Source: Dehalococcoidia bacterium
GTDB lineage: Bacteria > Chloroflexota > Dehalococcoidia > Lucifugimonadales > VXLM01
NCBI GenBank assembly: GCA_963662435.1
Contig: OY759598.1
Coordinates: 1,582,507-1,646,506, forward strand
Length of the DNA: 64,000 nucleotides
Reading direction: 5' to 3'
Position 1 is the first letter of the stretch. Each line of letters starts with the position of its first letter. A program made the position numbers and the translations under genes. Below are positions 11,831 to 21,416 of this stretch, piece after piece. The notes under the pieces were generated by a model that saw only the letters and a program-made list of their open reading frames with translations, was not told the origin of the DNA and searched no databases.

Positions 11831-12774
11831 TAGTCGGGGTCGGGTGGCGAGGGGTTTGCCAGGCCTGTGGCGAGGGATATGGGAACGAGTCGTTCGAGTT
11901 CGTCGAGTGTCCATGCGGAGTCTTTGTGGATGGACTTGAGGGGTCGGCGAGGTGAGAAGAGGGAGGTACCCCAGCCGTGGGTTCCGATGACCTGGCCGGA
12001 GATGTTGGAGGCGGCATCGGTGCAGAGGTAGACGATCTTGGGGGCGTTGCTCTCGGGAACGAGCGCCTCGTCAGGTTCGGGTGAGGCGACGAGGTCGGCG
12101 ACTGGATAGCTTCCGGGACGGGTGGCAGCCTGATCTCGGAGCCAGTCGACGGCGCTTTCGGGTATCGACTCGACCATCCGGGTGCGTCCGCCGGGATAGA
12201 CGGCGTTTACCGTGATGCCGTGCCGGCGCAGTTCGTTAGAGGCAGAGCGAGCGAGCCCAACGATGCCCTCCTTGGCGGCGGAGTAGTTGGTCTGCCCGGG
12301 CGATCCGAGTGCAGAGATGGAAGAGAAGAGGACTATGCGACCGTGCTGTTGTTCGATCATGTGGGGGACGCTGTGGCGGACCATATTGAATGACCCGTTG
12401 AGGTGGACGCGAACGACGGATTCCCACTCCTCCTCGTTCATATTGAAGATCATGCGGTCGCGGAGGATTCCGGCTGCATTAATGAGTATGTCGAGTCTGC
12501 CGAACTCGTCAAGCGCAGTCTGAACGATTTGGCGTGCCGAACCGAATTCGGCGACGGAGTCGTAGCTGGCTACGGCATGGCCGCCGTCTTCCTTGATCTC
12601 GCCAACAACGACGTCGGCTGGCGCAGCGGAGGACTCCGAGCCGTCTACGCTTCCTCCGAGATCGTTGACGATGACGGCAGCGCCTTCCTCGGCAAGGAGC
12701 TTCGCCACACCGCGACCTATCCCGCGTCCGGCGCCGGTTACGATCGCGACCCTTCCTGTCAGTCGATTGCCCAT
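11830..12774 (-). CDS. Short-chain dehydrogenase/reductase
   Basis: TGAGRGIG, NAAGILRD and YSAAK motifs. Confidence 0.93.
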   Translation of the reverse strand: MGNRLTGRVAIVTGAGRGIGRGVAKLLAEEGAAVIVNDLGGSVDGSESSAAPADVVVGEIKEDGGHAVASYDSVAEFGSARQIVQTALDEFGRLDILINAAGILRDRMIFNMNEEEWESVVRVHLNGSFNMVRHSVPHMIEQQHGRIVLFSSISALGSPGQTNYSAAKEGIVGLARSASNELRRHGITVNAVYPGGRTRMVESIPESAVDWLRDQAATRPGSYPVADLVASPEPDEALVPESNAPKIVYLCTDAASNISGQVIGTHGWGTSLFSPRRPLKSIHKDSAWTLDELERLVPISLATGLANPSPPDPD

Positions 12775-13589
12775 TACTTGCAATGTCGTACGGTCTCGCC
12801 CCGAACCGTAAGGCACTTGTACTTGAGGCCGGTCTTGCCTTCTTCCATCGCCGCTTTCACGGAGGCTGCAACCTCGGGCGAGACCCAGGTGGTCCAGACG
12901 TCTTCATGGCGCTGCAGGAACATCATCCCCGCGACCGTGTACGAAACGCCGACTCGGCCTCCCCTGATCTGCGAGGCCAGACCGGCTAGGACTTCCTCGT
13001 CGGCCTCGACTTTGCCCAAGAGGTCGAATACCGGAGGGGCGGTCTCCTTCAGCTGAGCGCGGACTCCAATGCGGTCAGTGGAGGACTCGCCGTAGAGAGA
13101 GCCGACATTGATGACTTCGTCGGAGTCCAAGAGCGGCTCGGAGCTTGGGACCTTCAGGACGATGTCAACGTCGCCGGACTGCAGGGCCGACGGGTATTCG
13201 CTTTCGGCTACCTCAGCCAGTTTCGTCTCATAGACCATGCCGTGCACGATGATGTATCCGACGATGAAGTTCTCCATCTGGACGGCGGGGTCTTCCCAAT
13301 GGGCCAAGGTGACCTTCCCGTTGTAGTCGAACCCGAAGAGGTCTGCGGGTTCGTTCGACTCTTCAGTCTCGTCGGATGATGCATCGGTCGTCGATTCAGG
13401 TTCCGCCGGGGAGACGGTCGTCTGCGACGTTTGCAACGGCGTGGGGGTCGGCATGGGTGTCGGAGTGTGCAGCTCCTCCGCCGATAGGAGTGGGTCGTCT
13501 CTCGGCGATGAGCAGCCGAGGAGTACTCCCGCGCAGAAGATGAGCGAGCCCAAGGTCAAAATGCAGTTGGTCGAAGCGAAAGTGGCCAT
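12774..13589 (-). CDS. Lipoprotein with partial glycine-betaine-type substrate-binding-like domain
   Basis: Lipobox LLGC, Pro/Thr linker, W...(Q)MENFIVGYI..HG, ALQSGDVDI and FL..HEDVWTTWVSPEVA segments. Confidence 0.6.
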   Translation of the reverse strand: MATFASTNCILTLGSLIFCAGVLLGCSSPRDDPLLSAEELHTPTPMPTPTPLQTSQTTVSPAEPESTTDASSDETEESNEPADLFGFDYNGKVTLAHWEDPAVQMENFIVGYIIVHGMVYETKLAEVAESEYPSALQSGDVDIVLKVPSSEPLLDSDEVINVGSLYGESSTDRIGVRAQLKETAPPVFDLLGKVEADEEVLAGLASQIRGGRVGVSYTVAGMMFLQRHEDVWTTWVSPEVAASVKAAMEEGKTGLKYKCLTVRGETVRHCK

Positions 13590-13593
13590 TGCC

Positions 13594-14361
13594 CTACTCG
13601 AACAGCGTCGGAAAGTGCCGGTCAATCTCATCCATCGAGGATTGTCCCCACTTATGGAAGCTGCGTTCAATCGCGGGGTTGGTGTATGTCGAGAGGTTGC
13701 CGTCGCTTACTCCAAAGACGATGCCGTTGACGTGGGCAGTCGAGTCGAGGCAGAGGGTGGCTGCCAGCGCGGCGGCGCTCCCGTTGCCGATTTCGTTGAA
13801 TTCGGAAATGGCTATGGCGTTGCACGTGACGCCGTACCTTCCAAGGTCGCGGGCGACGGTTCTAGACATGCCGACGATGCCCTCGGAAGCAGCAGCCACG
13901 CTCACGCCCCTTGAGTCGCCCAGGCCAGCGTTCGAGGTGATGGTTACCACTCGCCCTCCCCTCCTCTGCTGCCGGAACTGCACGCTGGCGGCTCGCGTGG
14001 GCATGAAGGCTCCCTTCAGTGTGTGGCGGACGACTTCATCGAAGGCTTCTGCGGACGTCTCCAACAGGGGCAGTTCGCATGTGGACGTGCGGGCGTTCAT
14101 GAGGATGTCGAGGCCGCCGAAGGACTCGACGGCACGTGCGACGATTTCCTCGGAGCCTTCGAGTGTCGAGACGTCGCCGAGGTCGGAGACGGCGGTACCG
14201 CCCGCAAGATCGATCGCCTTAACAACGCGTTCGGTTGTATCGGGGTCCTTGTCATTCACGACGACGGATGCCCCTTCGGCGGCGAGCAGGATACTCACGG
14301 CATGGCCAGCTCCCTGACCGGCGCCGGTGACGATCGCAACTTTACCGCGAAAACGCTGCAT
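13594..14361 (-). CDS. SDR-family protein with degenerate catalytic motif
   Basis: TGAGQGAG Rossmann motif; YxxxK replaced by VAAAS. Confidence 0.85.
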   Translation of the reverse strand: MQRFRGKVAIVTGAGQGAGHAVSILLAAEGASVVVNDKDPDTTERVVKAIDLAGGTAVSDLGDVSTLEGSEEIVARAVESFGGLDILMNARTSTCELPLLETSAEAFDEVVRHTLKGAFMPTRAASVQFRQQRRGGRVVTITSNAGLGDSRGVSVAAASEGIVGMSRTVARDLGRYGVTCNAIAISEFNEIGNGSAAALAATLCLDSTAHVNGIVFGVSDGNLSTYTNPAIERSFHKWGQSSMDEIDRHFPTLFE

Positions 14362-14569
14362 GAATGGTGCTTAGCTCCGTGACGTGCATACTATCTCACG
14401 GTGGGCCAAATGTCTTGGATTGCCGGGGATAACTAAAGGTGAGTTGTGCAGGAGACGTAGGACGGATTGGAGTTTGAAGGAGCGAATTTACCGGACATTT
14501 CCAGACATTTTCGGACTTTGCTATCGGACATCTTTGCTTACGCGTAGGGGTGTAATCGTGTTGCAGAAG

Positions 14570-14922
<353 letters not shown>

Positions 14923-14926
<4 letters not shown>

Positions 14927-15417
14927 CCCATTGCGACGAGCTGTTTGGGTGTCACGAACCACTCTATGGTGGCGCACTGGCCGTAGCGAACCGCTGTCAC
15001 GTTGAGCTTGCACATTCCGCCCGGCTTGAGGTTGAAGGCGGTGTGGTACGAGCCGGAGGCCATTGTCGAGATTAGCTCGCTCAGGGTCGGCTCGTGGCCG
15101 ACGAGCATGAGCCCGTTGAGTGAGGAGCGAGCGTCGATAGTGCTCAGAATTGCCCTGACGTTGCCTGACGCGAGGGTGTCGGAGAACTCGATCGGTTCCG
15201 CGATGCCGAGTCCATCATGGACGATTTCGGCCGTCTGACGTGCCCGTAAGAGCGGACTGGACACGATCAGGTCCACGCTGACGTTGGTGGCTTTCATCCC
15301 CTTAGTTGAGAGCTTGGTGCGTCGCTTTCCCTTCGGGGACAGGGGACGAATGTTGTCGGAGGGGTACCTGTTTCCGTAGGGTTCGGCCTTGCCGTGCCGG
15401 AGTATGTACAGGTCCAT
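14923..15417 (-). CDS. sixA: Phosphohistidine phosphatase SixA
   Basis: LRHGKAE, SSPLLRARQTA and LVGHEP motifs. Confidence 0.9.
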
Positions 15418-15450
15418 GTTGGCCCTCCGTCTCGGATTGAGACTAGGGTA

Positions 15451-16317
15451 TCAGGAATCTCGTTGGGAGAGGTAGGTCTTGGCGACGGATTCGGAGCGTT
15501 TCAGGACCTTCACCGCAGCCCTGATGGCGTCTCGGACGGCGTCAATATCCCTGGAGTCTGAGAGGAACCAGCGCCAACGGGCGAGGTAGTAGTCGACATA
15601 GGATACGGCCAAGTCGCATTCTCCAATGTTCTCCAACGCGCGAGTGACCTCCGTCCGGTTCATGCTCCAGGCGGACATAGGTTCGAGGCCCGCGAGATGC
15701 AGGACGATGGGGCCGACCGGAGACACACGGTAGGAGAGGTCTCGGAACAGCTCGGCGAGGTACTTGTCCGGACGGTCGACGACTCGCATGGGCAGGCGCT
15801 CCAACATGTCAGCGTATTGGAGCAGGTCGTGGCACTTGTATCGCTTGAGTTCGTCGTCATCGGAGTAGTCCGCGGTGGGATATGTCTCACCGACCAGGAC
15901 TTCGGCGGCATCGGGTGGGGAGTGCATGTAGGTCGGCCTGCTCATCAAATGGTTGAGAGTGATGAGCTGTGGACGCGGCGTGTGAATAGGACGTGGACAC
16001 TTGGCGCGGTAGCGCGATTCAATGTCTTGCTGGACCGCCAGGGCCTGGTCAAGGTTGCCGAGATGGTTTCGCTCGCCATCGTTGTCATGGAACCAGATGT
16101 GGAGGTCGAGGTCGCTGGCCTCGGGGACGTAGTCGATGGGAGTGTCCCACTGTTTCTTGGCCGAGCCTTTGAGATAGATCGCGCGGATCTCGTCATTAGG
16201 GATGTGGTCGAGGAGGGCTTCCACGATGGCCTGGGTCATGCAGGAGACCTCGTGGCGAAGGCGTTCCGGGTCGGGATATCCGTCGGTCCAGTTGGGTAGT
16301 TGGATTCGGTCAGGCAT
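15451..16317 (-). CDS. Hypothetical protein, possible pol-beta-like nucleotidyltransferase fold
   Basis: IYLKGSA...SDLDLHIW (GS + DxD); start at 16317, the upstream extension is repeat-derived. Confidence 0.55.
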   Translation of the reverse strand: MPDRIQLPNWTDGYPDPERLRHEVSCMTQAIVEALLDHIPNDEIRAIYLKGSAKKQWDTPIDYVPEASDLDLHIWFHDNDGERNHLGNLDQALAVQQDIESRYRAKCPRPIHTPRPQLITLNHLMSRPTYMHSPPDAAEVLVGETYPTADYSDDDELKRYKCHDLLQYADMLERLPMRVVDRPDKYLAELFRDLSYRVSPVGPIVLHLAGLEPMSAWSMNRTEVTRALENIGECDLAVSYVDYYLARWRWFLSDSRDIDAVRDAIRAAVKVLKRSESVAKTYLSQRDS

Positions 16318-16429
16318 GGGTTGGGTGTTGGGTCGTTTCAGAGTGCAAGTTGTACAGCGGGGGACTACTGCTGGATGGCGATAGTACGGTGGTGAGTCGC
16401 GCAGGGCAAGGAATTGCGCTTCGGGAGGC

Positions 16430-16680
16430 TCTCGGGTAACTGCGGGAACCCCCTCTCTGTGTCTCTCCCCCGCCGGGGGAGAGATTAGAGGCGACTGCGT
16501 GGCAGCTACTGACAGGCGGATATGGCCCGTGGGGGTGCCCTTCGACAGGCTCAGGGCGAACGGGGTGTGGCTGGGGAGCGCTGGGTTGCGGTCATGGATT
16601 TCAGATTCCTCGCTTCGCTCGGAATGACGGTGTGGGAGCAGGCAGCAGGGCGATTCGCGAAACGCCCCTACGGGAGGCAG
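16430..16680. repeat. Cluster of REP-like palindromes (4 families)
   Basis: GGGAACCCCCTCTCTG..GGGGGAGAGATT 16444; CCCTTCGACAGGCTCAGGG 16538; AGATTCCTCGCTTCGCTCGGAATGAC about 16602; GGGCGATTCGCGAAACGCCC 16648. Confidence 0.8.
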
Positions 16681-16760
16681 GGCTGGGGTAATTTTCAGGG
16701 GAATGACGATATACGGTGTTTGTCGTATTCCTTGACACCAATTGCAGGCGGTTTGGGGTG

Positions 16761-17582
16761 TCAGGCGTCGTTGAAGTTGTATAGGCCGATGGCGGTCTTG
16801 CCGAGGACCCATTGTTTGTCCTCTTCGGTGAGCCAGTCGATGTGTTCCTGGAACATTTCGAGGGCGGGGCCGTACATTGTCTCGCGTTCGACGCCGGGGA
16901 AGTTCGTACCCCACATGAGGCGCTGAGGGCCGAAGGCGTCGTAGATCCGCTTGAATCCGTCGTGCGAGTCTTTGTAGGGAAACGGCTCCTGCTCTTTATG
17001 AGGGATGAGCTTGACGTAGACGTTCGGGTACTTGGCGAGATCGAGGACGGGCTTCATGCCGGGGTACGGCGGGTCCTCGATGCGGGGCGCACCGCCGTTG
17101 TGGTCAAGGGCGATGGGCACACCGGGGTGTCGAGCGATGATTGGCTCGATGTCCGGGTAGTGGATGGAAGGGCCGTGCGAGATGAAGCTCGCGCCGAGCC
17201 TGGCGGCCCGTTCCCAGATGGCATCCTGGTCGGGTCCCGCCCACATGGAGGGATGGACGGGGCGGGTAAGGTGGATGCGGAGGCCGCTGAAGCCGTGCTC
17301 TGCGACGAGTGTCTCGAGACGATCGGCAGCACCAGGCTCAAATTGGTTGACGAGTCCTATGGCGGCGAACCTGCCGGGGAAGCGTTTCAGGACATCACTG
17401 ACGTAGGTGTTGTCGAAGACATAGTGGATTGGCTGGACGATTACGGCCTTGTCGACGCCTACCTCGTCCATCCTGGTGTTGAGGAACTCGACGCTGCCGT
17501 CCTCATTGGAGGTCCTGCCGCCGTCCATGGGGTAGGTATCGTAGTCGCTGCTCCACACGTGCAGATGAGTATCGACGATCAC
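16761..17582 (-). CDS. Amidohydrolase_2 family protein (lactonase-like)
   Basis: VDTHLHVW, IALDH and FGPQRLMWGTNFP motifs. Confidence 0.9.
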   Translation of the reverse strand: MIVDTHLHVWSSDYDTYPMDGGRTSNEDGSVEFLNTRMDEVGVDKAVIVQPIHYVFDNTYVSDVLKRFPGRFAAIGLVNQFEPGAADRLETLVAEHGFSGLRIHLTRPVHPSMWAGPDQDAIWERAARLGASFISHGPSIHYPDIEPIIARHPGVPIALDHNGGAPRIEDPPYPGMKPVLDLAKYPNVYVKLIPHKEQEPFPYKDSHDGFKRIYDAFGPQRLMWGTNFPGVERETMYGPALEMFQEHIDWLTEEDKQWVLGKTAIGLYNFNDA

Positions 17583-17619
17583 GGTTTTCTCCTCGAAATG
17601 AGTTTGGGAGCGCCCAGCC

Positions 17620-18426
17620 CTATTCGGCCAAGAGGTCGCGCAGGTACCGGGCGGCCTTTCCGATAAGCTCGGTGCGGTCGTCGGGTTCCTGGCCCTCGTA
17701 GACGATGGAAATGCTCCCGTTGTAGTTGGCGGCCTTAATGATGCCGGCGATGCGTTCGTAGTCGAGGACTTCTTCCCTTCCGCTGGCGATCTTGTAGAAC
17801 TTGCACCGCACGTAGCTCGCGTAAGGGAGGGTCTGCTCCATGTAACCGTAGATGTCTGCGTCGGGGTCGGGTTCGCCTGCCGCGCCAGGGGAGCCCTGCC
17901 ACTGGCCGGTATCCATGATCAGCGAGAAGTTCGGATGGTCAACATCGTTCATGATGCGCAGGACATCGGGCCCCGTTGCCGCGAGGTTGCGGTTGTCGTG
18001 GTTCTGGAGAGCAACGACAACGCCTCTTTCAGCGCCATACTCGGATACTTCCCTAAGGCATCGCGCCAGAGCGGCGAATAGAGGGTCGCGGCCGTCGGTC
18101 TCCTGAGTCTGCCAGCCAAACACGCGGATGAGGGGCGAGCCGAGGACGAGAGCCACGTCGATGGCGGCCTTGGCGTCCTCTACCCTGGCGCGCTGGGTGT
18201 CCTCGTCTCCGGCGAAGCCGCCGGCCACGCCAAGGTAGCCGATGGGAAGCCCCAGATCGAGGCATTGGCGCTTGATGCCGAGCAGGTACGACACGTCGGT
18301 GGATGGGAAGGCGCGCAGATGGAAATCGAGGCAGTCGAGGCGGAGGTCGTAGCAGGTGCGAATGAAGTCCTCGACCTCAATGCCGACGCTCTTGTAGCTG
18401 AGGTAGTTGCAGCCGATTTTGATCAT
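17620..18426 (-). CDS. Sugar phosphate isomerase/epimerase (TIM barrel)
   Basis: LGSPLIRVFG, LQNHD and IMDTGQW motifs. Confidence 0.88.
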   Translation of the reverse strand: MIKIGCNYLSYKSVGIEVEDFIRTCYDLRLDCLDFHLRAFPSTDVSYLLGIKRQCLDLGLPIGYLGVAGGFAGDEDTQRARVEDAKAAIDVALVLGSPLIRVFGWQTQETDGRDPLFAALARCLREVSEYGAERGVVVALQNHDNRNLAATGPDVLRIMNDVDHPNFSLIMDTGQWQGSPGAAGEPDPDADIYGYMEQTLPYASYVRCKFYKIASGREEVLDYERIAGIIKAANYNGSISIVYEGQEPDDRTELIGKAARYLRDLLAE

Positions 18427-18660
18427 TGTCCGTCCGTGTCTGAGTTCGTCTATAATGGAACGCCACGCAACCGCGACGAGCGGCCAACAGGATACACCTT
18501 ACCAATGCCGTTTGCGAGTTCATGGGGAGAACATCCGCCATCCTCATGGATACCCGCCTTCGCGAGTATGGGGGTAGCTGTATGCGTCGAGCGCTCTAAC
18601 GAAGACTGAACAGTTGCGACCGCCCAACCAGCCTCAGCATTCGACCGTGATTAAACAGCA

Positions 18661-19566
18661 GTGTCCTGGATAGCCGTTACCCTTATCAGCGCCGCCGTCC
18701 TGGGGATGATCGGCGTCCTCGATAAGGCGTTTCTGTACCACTACGCCCGGTCTCTCAGAACGCTTCCGCTCCTGATCGCCATCGGGCACGTGCCTATAGG
18801 GATCGTGTTCATCGCGATCTCACCGTTCGAGGATTTGACCTTAGCAGCGGCGGGATGGGGACTGGCTGCCGGTGTGCTTGGCGGGCTGAGCGCCGTGGTG
18901 TTTTTCAAAGTCATGGCGAAACGGGAAGTGACGCGCACGATCCCGGTCGTTCAGACGTACCCGATCTTCGTCGCGCCTCTGGCCATCCTTTTCCTGGACG
19001 AGAGTTTGAAGGCTTTCCACTGGTTTGCCATCCTGGTAACGGTGGCAGGAGCGGTGATGATGTCTATGCGTCAGGACTCCAGAGGACGTGGCATCGTGAT
19101 CGACCGGTCCTTCTACGAGCTGCTGGGGGCGAGCCTGCTATTGGCGGGAATGAACATCGCCGCCAAGCAGGCGGTCGAAACGCTTCCCGTACTGCTGGTG
19201 CATGGTCTCCGGTCGTTCGGAGTCGCAGCAGTGCTGATGGCGTTCGGCGCCCGGCACGAACCGCTCAGCGAGGTCCGCAGGATGGTAGCCGAGAGGAGCC
19301 CTGCACTTGGAATCTTCGCCCTGAACGAGTTCGTGATCGTCAACACGGGAATGATCCTGAACCTGTGGGCCACTTCGCTCGGCCCGGTCTCGCTGGTTTC
19401 GGCATTGACGGCAAGCTCGTCAATCTTCCTCCTGGCATACAGCACCCTGCTGGGTCTTCGATTCAGGGGAATGCTCGGAGAACAGGTGGGATGGCGTGCG
19501 GTGATAGTTAAGACCGTTGCAACATCCTTAATTGTTGCCGGAGTCGTGGTGATTTCGCTCGTGTGA
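18661..19566 (+). CDS. DMT/EamA family transporter
   Basis: About 10 hydrophobic helices; PIFVAPLAILFLDE and GPVSLVSAL motifs. Confidence 0.88.
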   Translation: MSWIAVTLISAAVLGMIGVLDKAFLYHYARSLRTLPLLIAIGHVPIGIVFIAISPFEDLTLAAAGWGLAAGVLGGLSAVVFFKVMAKREVTRTIPVVQTYPIFVAPLAILFLDESLKAFHWFAILVTVAGAVMMSMRQDSRGRGIVIDRSFYELLGASLLLAGMNIAAKQAVETLPVLLVHGLRSFGVAAVLMAFGARHEPLSEVRRMVAERSPALGIFALNEFVIVNTGMILNLWATSLGPVSLVSALTASSSIFLLAYSTLLGLRFRGMLGEQVGWRAVIVKTVATSLIVAGVVVISLV

Positions 19567-19653
19567 CGGCCCGAGCGTTCGGGGAGATTGACAAGGGGTT
19601 GTACAGCGCCTAGTCTGCCAACACAGCAAGGCTGGGGCCGAGAGGAGCAGAGA

Positions 19654-21204
19654 ATGGCCGATAAGACGAAGGTGGTAATCGTTGGGGCCGGGCATAACGG
19701 GCTGGTGGCAGCGGGGTACCTGGCGAGGGCGGGACTGGAAGTACAGGTGCTGGAGCGGCGGGACGTTGTCGGGGGAGCGGCGGTTACGGAGGAGTGGTTC
19801 CCGGGATACAAGATCTCCACGTGCTCGTATGTGTGTCACATATTGCAGAAGAAGGTGATCGACGAACTGGAGCTTCGGAAGTACGGGTTCCACGTTTATC
19901 CCATAGACCCGATGCGCGTTCATCCGTTTCCCAACGGCAAGGTCATTACCTTTTGGCATGACGATGAGAAGACGGTTGACGAGGTGCGGAAGATCTCACC
20001 AGAGGACGCGGAAGCGTGGATGGACTGGGCGAACCTGTGGCACAGGGCTGTGCGAATTCTGAGCGACTACTATCTTGGCCCGCCGCCTTCGCTGACGGAA
20101 CTTGCCGAAAGGTTCCGCGAGGAGGGAGAGGAAGAACTGCTGGAGACGCTGCTCACGGTGCCCTACAGGGATCTGATCGACCGTTATTTCGTGTCGGACG
20201 AGATCAAGGCCGCCGTGAGCAACGGTGCCACGGACGTGGGGGACATAAGCGCTCCGGGGAGCTCGTACCTGATTGGGCTGTACAGGTTCAGTGCGTTCCG
20301 GGATGACACGGAGAACTATGGGATCGTTCGTGGCGGGATGGGAGGTATCACGCAGTCGATGGCGCGTTCAGCGGAGGCAGCGGGGGTGACGATACGGACG
20401 GGAGCGGAGGTTGAACGTATCGTGACACAGAGCGGAAGAGCGGTCGGAGTGCGGTTAATCGACGGCGAGATGATCGAGGGAGACCTCGTATTGTCAAACG
20501 CGGACCCGAAGAGGACGTACCTCAAGCTGCTTGAGGAGGGTGACCTCGATCAGGAATTCGTGGACGAGGTGACCGCCTTGAAGACCATGTCGGGGTCGGC
20601 GAAGTTCCTGTGCTCGTTGCGAGAACTGCCTGACTTTTCCGGATATCTCGGCACGGAGTATAACCCGGAGCACCTGGCGATGATCTCGCTGTGTCCCTCG
20701 GTGGAGCAGTCGGAGATAACGTGGAACGACGCTAAGAACGGGAGGGTGCCTGACACACCGATAATCCAGGTGCAGATCCCTTCGGTATATGACAAGACGG
20801 TTGCTCCCGACGGCCGGCACGTACTGTCGCTGTGGGTGCTGTTCCTGCCAACTCACGTGCGGGACGGGTCGTGGGCGGAGGAGCGTCAAGGGTTTGGCGA
20901 GCGGCTCATCGACGAGGTGACGAAGTACGCGCCGAATTTCAGGGACGCGATCATCGATTGGACGCTGCTGACGCCGGAGGACATCGAGGAGCGCATTGGC
21001 CTGACGGACGGGAACATCCGGCACATCGATATGATTCCTCAGCAGATGATGTCGCGAAGGCCGCTGCCGGGGTGGTCGGACTACAGGACGCCCGTGGAAG
21101 GGCTGTATCTGTGCGGTGCGGGCACTCATCCGGGCGGCGAGGTGACGGGCGCGCCGGGGCACAACGCGGCGCACGTTGTGATGGAGGAGTTGGGGGTTCT
21201 GTAG
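19654..21204 (+). CDS. Phytoene desaturase-like FAD-dependent oxidoreductase
   Basis: VGAGHNGLVAA..LA, GGMG and LYLCGAGTHPGG.VTGAPGHNAA motifs. Confidence 0.9.
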   Translation: MADKTKVVIVGAGHNGLVAAGYLARAGLEVQVLERRDVVGGAAVTEEWFPGYKISTCSYVCHILQKKVIDELELRKYGFHVYPIDPMRVHPFPNGKVITFWHDDEKTVDEVRKISPEDAEAWMDWANLWHRAVRILSDYYLGPPPSLTELAERFREEGEEELLETLLTVPYRDLIDRYFVSDEIKAAVSNGATDVGDISAPGSSYLIGLYRFSAFRDDTENYGIVRGGMGGITQSMARSAEAAGVTIRTGAEVERIVTQSGRAVGVRLIDGEMIEGDLVLSNADPKRTYLKLLEEGDLDQEFVDEVTALKTMSGSAKFLCSLRELPDFSGYLGTEYNPEHLAMISLCPSVEQSEITWNDAKNGRVPDTPIIQVQIPSVYDKTVAPDGRHVLSLWVLFLPTHVRDGSWAEERQGFGERLIDEVTKYAPNFRDAIIDWTLLTPEDIEERIGLTDGNIRHIDMIPQQMMSRRPLPGWSDYRTPVEGLYLCGAGTHPGGEVTGAPGHNAAHVVMEELGVL

Positions 21205-21416
21205 GGAATGAGAGTAGTCCTTCGACAGGCATTCGAGTAGCTGCTTCATATCAGCGACGATGCACGGCCATCTTCAGCCTTCGACAGGCTCAGGCCGAAC
21301 GTACTTTCTCTTACCTGCGTGACCCCCGTTACTGACACCCCGGTACGGCCTCGGCGCGGGTTGTAACGCTACTCAGGGCCAACGGGCTCAGGTTTTGGAC
21401 ACCGTTTAGGACGGCG

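Noticed and set aside
10656..11939. 427-aa plus-strand ORF
   Set aside because: Antisense shadow of the IS630 transposase
16318..16914. N-terminal 199 aa of the 487-aa ORF
   Set aside because: Translation of a REP cluster (ALSLSKG etc.) that overlaps the amidohydrolase gene
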